The translations under genes were made by a program, and so were the position numbers. From Planctomycetota bacterium (lineage in GTDB: Bacteria > Planctomycetota > UBA11346), in assembly GCA_038213805.1 (NCBI GenBank), contig JBBQSO010000129.1:1-10534 (forward strand): DNA of 10,534 bases, given 5' to 3'. The notes beneath the pieces are model-generated. The model was not told the DNA's origin, searched no databases, and saw only the letters and a list, made by a program, of their open reading frames with translations. This document shows, one piece after another, positions 1 through 7,012 of this stretch; positions within the stretch are counted from its first letter, which is position 1, and the number at the start of each line of letters is the position of its first letter.

Positions 1-195
1 ACGGACTGCTAGGCGGTTGGTGGTCTCTGTCCGAAGACAGAAACCGATGTGCCTGATCACTTCGAAGAAATGATCAGGACTTTTCCTTCTCTCCTCCACA
101 GCTCTTGAGTTGTCAATGTGCCCGGGTTTTACCGGGGTTTCTTCCCGCTTTTTGACGCTCACCACCCGGCTTTCCGGGCCGCTGCGTCATCGGCG
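1..195 (-). other. Probable rRNA-operon (or other stable RNA) 5' leader with boxA-like motif; the mature RNA is not in the window
   Basis: Downstream of the promoter on the minus strand: a nested stem-loop (144-197), hairpin CCCGG-TAAAAC-CCGGG (121-136), boxA-like GCACATTGACAAC (121-109), a 12-bp hairpin (78-52) and a 10-bp C(UUCG)G hairpin (45-22). The last two need G-U pairs that form only on the minus strand. No credible ORF or 16S sequence is visible. Confidence 0.55.
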
Positions 196-243
196 GGAGG
201 CGCAATATGTGGGGCATGCCCCCCCTGTCAAAAACAATTTTTC
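196..243 (-). promoter_or_regulatory. Sigma70-type stable-RNA (rrn P1-like) promoter firing leftward
   Basis: Minus strand reads GAAAAATTGTTT (243-232, UP-element-like), TTGACA (231-226), a 16-bp spacer, CATATT (209-204) and GCGCCTCC (203-196). A 16-bp spacer and a GCGCC(A/T)CC discriminator are the known layout of E. coli rrn P1 promoters. Confidence 0.7.
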
Positions 244-456
244 GCCCCGACCTCACCAGACCTTCACGGGTGGCGTAAAATATTGAAAAACATCGGTAAA
301 ATACGCATCAACATGCGGGGCTCGGATCAGGTCGAAGGACCGTACGGTGGACACCGTGGCGGTTGTCGAATCGGCTCCCGAGGCGTGTGGGGCATGGAAG
401 AGCGCTGGGGACGTGGTTGGGTTTATCTCGAAAGTCCTTGCCCTGCATATTTTTGT

Positions 457-486
457 ATTTTAGCACACGGGCACAGGGCAGGTCTA
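457..486 (-). promoter_or_regulatory. Candidate second (upstream) leftward promoter
   Basis: Minus strand TAGACC (486-481), 18 bp, then TAAAAT (462-457) preceded by TGC (extended -10 TGn), within an AT-rich patch. Confidence 0.35.
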
Positions 487-642
487 CGGCGCGTACGGCG
501 CATGCCACCTGTCATCCTTCGACATGGACCCCTGGCCACGCTGGGCTTCCGCGTGCCATCCGCACTGAGCTTCCTAGAGTGACCGGTCGTAGCGTCTCGC
601 CCACATCCGGTCCGCACCACTGTTGTCCGACCAGGAACCACC

Positions 643-1863
643 ATGCCCTCCATCACCCGCCCCCTCTCCCCCAGCCGCGGCAGCCGCGCGCTGCTCGCGC
701 TGCTCCTGATAGCTGTCTGCAGTGCGCTCGCGCACGGGGCGGACGCCGCGAAGGGCCCGCGCCCCACCATCCCGGAAGAGAAGGACCGCCCGCGCCACGA
801 TGAATTCCTTAACGTCGCCAAGGCCGGCAATGTCGATCTGTTGTTCCTCGGCGACTCGATCACGGATGGCTGGCGTGGCGGCGGCCTTGCGGTGTGGACC
901 AAGTACTTCGCGCCGCTCAAGGCTGCGAACTTCGGCATCAGCGGCGACCGCACCGAGCACGTCATCTGGCGCCTGCGCCACGGTGAGCTGGAAGGGATCC
1001 AGCCGAAGCTGGTGGTGCTGATGATCGGCACCAACAACGGCGACCCGGCTGAGGATGTGGTGGCAGGCATCAAGACCATCATCGCCGACATCCACGAGCG
1101 CTCGGCGGGCAGCCGCATCCTGCTGCTGGGCATCTTCCCGCGCGGCGAGAAGCCCGCGGGGCGCGAACGCAACGAAGCCGTCAACAAGATGATCGCCGTG
1201 CTGCCCGACCGCAAAGTGACCTACCTCGACATCGGCGCGGTCTTCCTCACCGCCGACGGCACGCTGAGCGCTGACATCATGCCGGACTTCCTCCACCCCA
1301 ATGCGCGCGGCTACCAGCTCTGGGCGGACGCGATCATCGGCCCGGTCAAGCAGCTGCTGCAATCCGATCCGGCCAACCTCGCACCGCACTTCGCCACGCC
1401 GGCGAGCGTCGCCAAGGTGGAGAAGCAGGAGGCGCTTGCCGCCACCGGCAAGGTCGGCGCCGCGGCCAAGGCCCTCGAGCACCTGGCCGAGGACACCTAC
1501 GACAAGACCGGCAAGACCGCCGACGCGGCCAAGGCCAGCCTGGCGGTCATCACGGCCTGGAAGGACGGCGTGGACGCTGAGGTCGCGGCCCTGCGCCAGG
1601 CTGGCGATGTGACCGCGGCCTGCGACCTGGCCGCGGCGATGGCCGCCGAATACACCGGCGACCTCGCCAAGGGCTACATTACGCAGGTCGCCGAGCTGAA
1701 GAAGGACCCGGCCTTCGCCGCCGGCCGCGAGTTCGAGAAGCTGCGCGCCGTGCCCTACGCCGACCGCCGCGACCCGCGCTTCGCGAAGCTCATCGAGGCC
1801 TTCGCCAAGAAGCACGCCGGCTACTATGTCGAACAGGCCCAGGCCCTGCTGCCGAAGGATTGA
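643..1863 (+). CDS. Secreted SGNH/GDSL-family hydrolase (PAF-acetylhydrolase-Ib-like esterase) with Ala/Lys-rich C-terminal extension
   Basis: Signal peptide (RALLALLLIAVCSALAHGA). SGNH blocks present: FLGDSIT (I, catalytic Ser), NFGISGD (II), MIGTNN (III), DFLHP (V, Asp/His). AGGA RBS at 633-636; codons are strongly G/C-ending. Confidence 0.9.
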   Translation: MPSITRPLSPSRGSRALLALLLIAVCSALAHGADAAKGPRPTIPEEKDRPRHDEFLNVAKAGNVDLLFLGDSITDGWRGGGLAVWTKYFAPLKAANFGISGDRTEHVIWRLRHGELEGIQPKLVVLMIGTNNGDPAEDVVAGIKTIIADIHERSAGSRILLLGIFPRGEKPAGRERNEAVNKMIAVLPDRKVTYLDIGAVFLTADGTLSADIMPDFLHPNARGYQLWADAIIGPVKQLLQSDPANLAPHFATPASVAKVEKQEALAATGKVGAAAKALEHLAEDTYDKTGKTADAAKASLAVITAWKDGVDAEVAALRQAGDVTAACDLAAAMAAEYTGDLAKGYITQVAELKKDPAFAAGREFEKLRAVPYADRRDPRFAKLIEAFAKKHAGYYVEQAQALLPKD

Positions 1864-1870
1864 GGAGCTC

Positions 1871-2458
1871 TCAACGCTGGGCGAAGGCCGACATCGGGCG
1901 GAACGATACCGTGCCGTCCTTGGCGCTGACACCGGTCACGCCGTTCATGCCATCGGCGTAGACGGACTCGTAGCTGGCGTGGTCGGGGGCAGGGAAAGTC
2001 AGCGGCGTGGCCAGGGTGATGGCGGTGGAGGCGAGAGCGGTGCCGCGCTTCGCCCAGATCGCGAGCGCCGCGGGAAAGTCGACGCGCGGGCTGCCGATGC
2101 CGCCGAGATCGATACCCACGGGTGGCGCGGTCGCGACCAGGGTGAAGGACCAGCGGCCGTCGGCGCCGCGCACGCCGCTGACGCGGTGGAAATGCGCAGA
2201 GGCGGTATCGGCGGTGAGGACCGCGACCGCATCATAGGCCGCCGGATCAGCCGCCACGGCGCCGTCCTTGCGCACGAAGCGGACCTGCAGCACGCGTGCG
2301 TCGCCGCTCAGCGCCAGCGCCTGACCGGTGAGCATGCCCACCAGGGGCGCGCCGCCGGCGGCCGAGCCGCAGGCGGCCAACAGGGTGATGGCGAGCGCGA
2401 GGCAGGCCCCGGCCAGCACCCGCCCGCCACGCGGGAGGTGTTCAGTTGAAGGTCGCAT
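1871..2458 (-). CDS. Hypothetical lipoprotein (~195 aa)
   Basis: MRPSTEHLPRGGR followed by a hydrophobic stretch and lipobox LAAC-G. The start at 2458 overlaps the end of the upstream gene (stop at 2442-2444); the alternative start is 2467. No family recognised. Confidence 0.65.
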   Translation of the reverse strand: MRPSTEHLPRGGRVLAGACLALAITLLAACGSAAGGAPLVGMLTGQALALSGDARVLQVRFVRKDGAVAADPAAYDAVAVLTADTASAHFHRVSGVRGADGRWSFTLVATAPPVGIDLGGIGSPRVDFPAALAIWAKRGTALASTAITLATPLTFPAPDHASYESVYADGMNGVTGVSAKDGTVSFRPMSAFAQR

Positions 2459-4001
2459 GGAGCACATAGTCGTAGAACGCGGACTGCCACGCCGCGATCG
2501 CGGCCTCGCGGCTGCCCTTGGCCTTGATCATGTCCTTCATGAAGATGTTCTCGAAGGCGGTGGTGCCGTTTTCGTGGCGCTTGAGCGCCTGCCAGTACTC
2601 GCGGAAGTGGGCGAGGCCGGGGTTGCGCTTGATGTCGTAACGCTGACTGGGGTCCTGGGCGGTGCCGAACAGCCAGAAGTAGGTCAGCGCATAGACCTCG
2701 CCGTATGCCGCTGCCGAGATGTGGCCATAGTGGGCGAGATACTTGTCGACCGGCGCGAGGGTTGACCGCTCCTGCATGTAGATGCGCTTGAGGAGATCGA
2801 TGCGCTCGCGCGGCGGCATGGTTACAAAGCGTCCGCCGCTGAACACGCCCGACTCAAAATACACCGCGAGACCCTCGTTGATCCAGGTGGGCACGTGGTC
2901 GCTGCCGTTGCACGTCACGTGCAGGAACTGGTGCGAGCACTCGTGTGCCATGACGTGCTCGACCGAGAAGTCGTCGCCGCCCCACTTGGAGCTCTCCTCA
3001 TAGACGAAGATCGAGAGCAGGCTGGGCACGAAGAAGCCGCCGACGCCCTGCGAGACCGGGAAGCCGTGGTCGGCCGCGGCTTCCATGAAGTCGTGCTGGG
3101 TGTTGAAGACGTGGATCTCGAGTTTGAAAGGCGGCACCGCGTCGGGTTCATAGACCGCGGAATAGGCGCGATAGAGGCCTTCGAGGTAGGTGCCGTACTG
3201 CTGCAGGCGCTGCGGCGAGACCTGGGTGGTGATGTGGTAGTGGGCGGTCTCAAGGTCCCAGCCCTTCTTCCACGCGGCTGGGTTCACCTTGCCTGCCGCG
3301 ACGATGAGCTTGCCGACCCCGTCGATGACCTTGCCGGTGCGGCCCTGCGATTCGCGCCAGGTCATGCGCGGCGGCTTGCCCTTGGCGACCACGCCGGGCA
3401 TGACTTCGAAGCTGTCGACGATCGCCTGGTTGTCGAAATCCGAAAGCATGCCGGTCATGACCACACCCGAGTAGCGGTCGCCATTCTTGACGATCAGTCC
3501 GCAGTGGCCCTTGGACTCCCCGGTCATGGCGAGCAGGCCCTTGGACGCCCACAGCGGATTGCCTTGGGGCCGGGCGTCGTTCTTGAGGTAGTAGTCGAAC
3601 GGCGTCCAGGTCAGCTTGGCGCCGCACAGCTTGTCGCCGATCAAGCCGATATCGCCGCCAAAGGTGTCCTTCATCTCGCTGGTCAGCACACTGAAGGCGC
3701 GGACGTCGGCGGACTCCTGCTCGGCCGGGGCCTCGGAGATCACGACCCGCATCTTCTTGCCGTTGATCACCACCTCGCGTACCTCGCCACTGCCCTCCTG
3801 CTGGCCGCGCTGGCCGCCGCGGAAGAGCTCGGCCTTGTACTGGTCGTGGACCTCGTAGCCGTACGGGTAGCGGAAGGCGATGCCGGAGGCGGCATCGCAG
3901 AACACGCGTGAGCGCATCTCCCACTCGCCCGACTCGGCCACGGCCCGGTCAACCGTGAGGAAGCACAGGATCGCTAACAGCAGGGCACGTACGGCTGGCA
4001 T
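2442..4001 (-). CDS. Secreted zinc metallopeptidase-like protein (DUF1570 / peptidase MA-like C-terminal domain)
   Basis: Signal peptide ending AVA. HExxH motif AHECSHQ (HECSH at 2931-2945) followed by PTWINEGLAVYFE (NEGLA at 2865-2879), which supplies a gluzincin-type third ligand. Also LETAHYHITT and VGGFF upstream. GGAG RBS at 4010-4007. Confidence 0.8.
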   Translation of the reverse strand: MPAVRALLLAILCFLTVDRAVAESGEWEMRSRVFCDAASGIAFRYPYGYEVHDQYKAELFRGGQRGQQEGSGEVREVVINGKKMRVVISEAPAEQESADVRAFSVLTSEMKDTFGGDIGLIGDKLCGAKLTWTPFDYYLKNDARPQGNPLWASKGLLAMTGESKGHCGLIVKNGDRYSGVVMTGMLSDFDNQAIVDSFEVMPGVVAKGKPPRMTWRESQGRTGKVIDGVGKLIVAAGKVNPAAWKKGWDLETAHYHITTQVSPQRLQQYGTYLEGLYRAYSAVYEPDAVPPFKLEIHVFNTQHDFMEAAADHGFPVSQGVGGFFVPSLLSIFVYEESSKWGGDDFSVEHVMAHECSHQFLHVTCNGSDHVPTWINEGLAVYFESGVFSGGRFVTMPPRERIDLLKRIYMQERSTLAPVDKYLAHYGHISAAAYGEVYALTYFWLFGTAQDPSQRYDIKRNPGLAHFREYWQALKRHENGTTAFENIFMKDMIKAKGSREAAIAAWQSAFYDYVLHATFN

Positions 4002-4123
4002 GGCTGCTCCGGGGACCGAAAGACGTTACGACTGTCGCCGGGCGGGGTGGCCGCGCAAGGGATGGCAGAGTCGCTCCGTGCCGCCATTGCACTCTGACGA
4101 TCAGGGTTTTGTCAATGTCCGGC

Positions 4124-5161
4124 TCAGTGCAGGGGGGTCTTGCCGGGGTGGCCGGGCTCCTCGCGGACCAGGCGCGGAACGAGGTAGCCGGGCAGACGGG
4201 CGGACAGTCCCGCGAGAAGGCGACGGGCGCGCACGTCGTCGACCAGGAAGTGCCCGGCGCCGTGGACGCGGTCGAGGGCGTGCAGGTAGTAGGGAAGCAC
4301 GCCGGCGGCGAACAGGCCCTCGCTGAGGGCGGCCAGGATCCCCTCGTCGTCATTGACCCCGGCGAGCAGGACCGACTGATTGAGCACCGTGACGCCGGCT
4401 CCACGCAGGCGCTGGCAGGCGGCCACCACTGGCGGGGCGAGCTCACGCGGATGGTTGGCGTGGATCACCACCACCGGCTTGAGGCGGGTGCCGGCCAACC
4501 AGGCAAGCAGGTGCTCGTCGACCCGGCTCGGCAGCACCACCGGCAGTCGGGTGTGTACGCGCAGGCGCTGCAGATGCGGCACCCCGGCGAGGTCCTGGGC
4601 GAGCGCGGCGAGTTGGGCGTCGGGCAGGGTCAGCGGGTCGCCGCCAGAGAGCAGCACTTCGTGGATCTCAGGGTCGGCGCGCACGTAATCGAGTGCCTGC
4701 GTCCACCAGCGGCGTCCGGCGGGCAGCTCGTCATAGGCGAAGTGGCGGCGGAAGCAGTAGCGGCAGTGCACGGCGCAGGCGCCGGTGGTGACCAGGAGGG
4801 CGCGGCCGCGGTACTTGTGCAGCAGTCCGGGGACGGGTCCGCAGGCCGACTCGCCGAGCGGATCAGCGGCGAAGCCGGGCAGGTCCTGCTCCTCGTCGGC
4901 GAGCGGCAGGACCTGGCGCAGCAGCGGATCGGCGGGATCACCCGGAACCATGCGCGCGACGAAGCCACGCGGCACCAGCAGCGGGAACAGCGCGGCGGCG
5001 CGGCGCGCGGCCGGCAGCAGGGCCTCGGGCAGGGCGAGCAGACGCAGCAGCTCGGCGGGGTCGCGGACGGCCTGGGCGAGCTCGCGCCGCCAGGTGCCTT
5101 CGGGCAGTGGAGGCGCGCTGGCGTGTGGCGGGGATGCCGCTAGCGTGTCGCGCTCATTCAT
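4124..5161 (-). CDS. epmB: EF-P beta-lysylation protein EpmB (radical SAM L-lysine 2,3-aminomutase, KamA family)
   Basis: CAVHCRYCFRRHF radical-SAM motif, LLHKYRGRALL, LSGGDPL, PYYLH and C-terminal GKTPL (PLP lysine). Short (~345 aa) form, divergent from efp as in E. coli. Start at ATG 5161 chosen because the longer ORF start at 5224 overlaps efp. Confidence 0.93.
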   Translation of the reverse strand: MNERDTLAASPPHASAPPLPEGTWRRELAQAVRDPAELLRLLALPEALLPAARRAAALFPLLVPRGFVARMVPGDPADPLLRQVLPLADEEQDLPGFAADPLGESACGPVPGLLHKYRGRALLVTTGACAVHCRYCFRRHFAYDELPAGRRWWTQALDYVRADPEIHEVLLSGGDPLTLPDAQLAALAQDLAGVPHLQRLRVHTRLPVVLPSRVDEHLLAWLAGTRLKPVVVIHANHPRELAPPVVAACQRLRGAGVTVLNQSVLLAGVNDDEGILAALSEGLFAAGVLPYYLHALDRVHGAGHFLVDDVRARRLLAGLSARLPGYLVPRLVREEPGHPGKTPLH

Positions 5162-5211
5162 CGCCGGCCGTCTCTTCCCCCCATGGCCGGGCAGCGCACG
5201 AGGACATCCCC

Positions 5212-5787
5212 ATGGGCACCGCACTCAACATCGGCGACGTCGGCAAAGGCTCCAAACTCATCTTCGACAACGCCCCGTGGCTGGTCGTGGAGGTGAACTT
5301 CGTGAAGCCTGGGAAGGGAAACGCCTTCTACAAGATGCGTGTCCAGAACCTGCTGACCGGCAATACCCTGGAAAAGACCCTGCGCGGCGGCGAAAAGGTC
5401 GAGGGTGCCGACGTCACCGACGTCGAGATGCAGTACATGTACTTCAACGCCAGCGGCTTCATCTTCATGGACCAGACCACCTACGAGCAGGTCACGGTCT
5501 CGACCAAAGCGGTCGGCGACGACAAGGACTTCCTGCTCGAGAACATGAACGTCATGGTCACCTTGTGGAATGGCGAGCCGATCGCGCTGCGCCTGCCCAA
5601 CACCGTGGCCATGGAAGTCGAGTACACCGAACCCGCCATCAAGGGCGACACCCAGAGCCGCGTGATGAAGCCGGCCAAGCTCAAGGGTACCGGCGCCACG
5701 GTGCCGGTGCCGATCTTCGTCGCCATCGGCGACAAGATCACCGTCAACACGCAGACCCGCGAGTATTCGGGCCGCGTCAGCAAGTGA
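5212..5787 (+). CDS. efp: Translation elongation factor P (Lys/PGKG loop type)
   Basis: FVKPGKGNAF loop, MQYMY, FMDQTTYEQ, IKGDT, VPIFVAIGDKITVNT. GAGGA RBS at 5200-5204 before ATG 5212; 191 aa. Confidence 0.97.
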   Translation: MGTALNIGDVGKGSKLIFDNAPWLVVEVNFVKPGKGNAFYKMRVQNLLTGNTLEKTLRGGEKVEGADVTDVEMQYMYFNASGFIFMDQTTYEQVTVSTKAVGDDKDFLLENMNVMVTLWNGEPIALRLPNTVAMEVEYTEPAIKGDTQSRVMKPAKLKGTGATVPVPIFVAIGDKITVNTQTREYSGRVSK

Positions 5788-5793
5788 AGAACG

Positions 5794-5828
5794 GTCCGGA
5801 AGTCCGGAAGTCCGGAAGTCCGGAAGTC
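5794..5828 (+). repeat. Tandem octamer array (GTCCGGAA)x4 + GTC
   Basis: Copies read directly at 5794, 5802, 5810 and 5818, with a partial copy at 5826. Starts 6 nt after the efp stop. Confidence 0.95.
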
Positions 5829-5894
5829 GACGGCCCGCGAGCGGTCGCGCCCGTGCCACGCGACTTTTGACGCCGGAACAGCAGCGACCGTCGC

Positions 5895-6872
5895 GTGCCT
5901 GCCTCCCGGGACATCGGACATGCGTCAGCGGAGGACGAGGGCGCGTGGCGGCCGTCCGCGACGCTCGCCACCCTGCGCCGACGAGCCGATCTGGTCGCGC
6001 GCACCCGTGAGTTCTTCCGCACGCGCAGCGTGCTTGAGGTCGACACTCCGGTGCTGCAGGGCGGCGCGAACCTCGACCATGGCGTGGTGCCCTTCTGCGT
6101 CGCGACCGGGCGCGGGGACAGCCACCTCCCCACCAGCCCCGAACATCCACTCAAGCGCTTGCTCGCCGCGGGCAGCGGGGACGTCTGGACGCTCGCGCCA
6201 GCCTTCCGTCGCGGCGAGCTTGGGCAGCGGCATGCGCCGGAATTCCGCATGCTGGAGTGGTACCGCTGCGGCTGGGACGACGCGCGCCTGCGCGAGGAAG
6301 TCGTGGCGCTGTTCGACGAGCTGACCGGCCTGGGCGGCGGCCTCAAGACCATCGGCTGGCGTGAGGCCTTCCGCCGCTACGCGGGAGTGGATCCACTCGC
6401 CGCTGCACTGCCCGAGATCCTTACCGCCCTTGGCGCGCAGGCGGAGGCGGTGCGCGACGACCGCGCCGCGGCGCTCGACCTGCTCCTGACCAGCGCGGTC
6501 GAGCCGCACCTGGGACGTGGTTGCTGGACCGCGCTGATCGATTATCCCCCCGCAGCGGCCGCGCAGGCGCGGCTGCGCACCAGCTCGGATGGCCAGCAGG
6601 TCGCCGCGCGCTTCGAGATCTACCGCGACGGCATCGAGCTGGCGAATGGCTACCACGAACTGACCGATGCGGCGGAGCTGCAAGCGCGCCTCACCTGCGA
6701 ACTGGCCGGGCGCAGCCATGGCGAGACCCATGACGCACGCTTCGCGGCGGCGATGGCTGCGGGCCTGCCCGACTGCGCCGGCGTCGCGGTCGGCTTCGAC
6801 CGCGTCGTGATGCTCGCCCTCGGCCTGCCCGACGTCGCCGCGACGCAGGCGTTCTCCTGGGAGCGGCGGTGA
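5895..6872 (+). CDS. epmA: EF-P--(R)-beta-lysine ligase EpmA (GenX/PoxA; LysRS catalytic-domain paralog)
   Basis: WRPSATL...LRRRA...REFF...LEVDTP, TSPEHPLKRLL, FRRGE..RH.PEF.MLEWYR, RFEIY..GIELANGYHEL, GLPDCAGVAVGFDR. No anticodon-binding OB domain; directly downstream of efp. The GTG start at 5895 is uncertain. Confidence 0.94.
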   Translation: MPASRDIGHASAEDEGAWRPSATLATLRRRADLVARTREFFRTRSVLEVDTPVLQGGANLDHGVVPFCVATGRGDSHLPTSPEHPLKRLLAAGSGDVWTLAPAFRRGELGQRHAPEFRMLEWYRCGWDDARLREEVVALFDELTGLGGGLKTIGWREAFRRYAGVDPLAAALPEILTALGAQAEAVRDDRAAALDLLLTSAVEPHLGRGCWTALIDYPPAAAAQARLRTSSDGQQVAARFEIYRDGIELANGYHELTDAAELQARLTCELAGRSHGETHDARFAAAMAAGLPDCAGVAVGFDRVVMLALGLPDVAATQAFSWERR

Positions 6873-6969
6873 ACGCTGCTTCCACACCTAAGATTACGCC
6901 CTGATCCTACAAACTGCGGAGCTGCAACAGGCCTAGCGGAGAGCTGCTGCCACCGCCGCTCGACAGGAC

Positions 6970-7008
6970 GTCCGGACTTCCGGACTTCCGGTCCCCGGAC
7001 TTCCGGAC
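6970..7008 (-). repeat. Degenerate tandem octamer array of the GTCCGGAA family (~5 units)
   Basis: Minus strand reads GTCCGGAA GTCCGGG GACCGGAA GTCCGGAA GTCCGGAC, starting 4 nt after the kinase stop codon. Confidence 0.9.
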
Positions 7009-7012
7009 GCTT

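Noticed and set aside
118..582. 154-aa + strand ORF and other short ORFs in 118-803
   Set aside because: No recognisable motifs, codon use unlike the real genes, and overlap with the promoter and leader elements on the opposite strand.
574..1932. 452-aa minus-strand ORF, and similar long antisense ORFs at 2895-3911, 4109-5143, 5925-6887 and 8770-10377
   Set aside because: Antisense shadows of well-supported genes, expected in GC-rich DNA with strong codon bias; no protein motifs.
4085..4117. TTGACA (4115-4110, minus) promoter and overlapping hairpin between epmB and the peptidase gene
   Set aside because: The best -10 is TGCAAT at 18 bp and lacks the key A; the hairpin pairs better on the non-coding strand. 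Too weak to call.
4124..5161. Catabolic lysine 2,3-aminomutase KamA
   Set aside because: Short form ending at KTPL without the long KamA C-terminus; the context is efp/epmA rather than lysine fermentation genes.
5895..6872. Lysyl-tRNA synthetase (lysS) or a truncated pseudogene of it
   Set aside because: It lacks the anticodon-binding domain but has EpmA length and N-terminus (WRPSA) and lies beside efp and epmB.
5794..7008. Transposon or MITE carrying epmA between terminal inverted repeats
   Set aside because: No transposase or recombinase in the window, no evident target-site duplication, and epmA is in its normal context next to efp.
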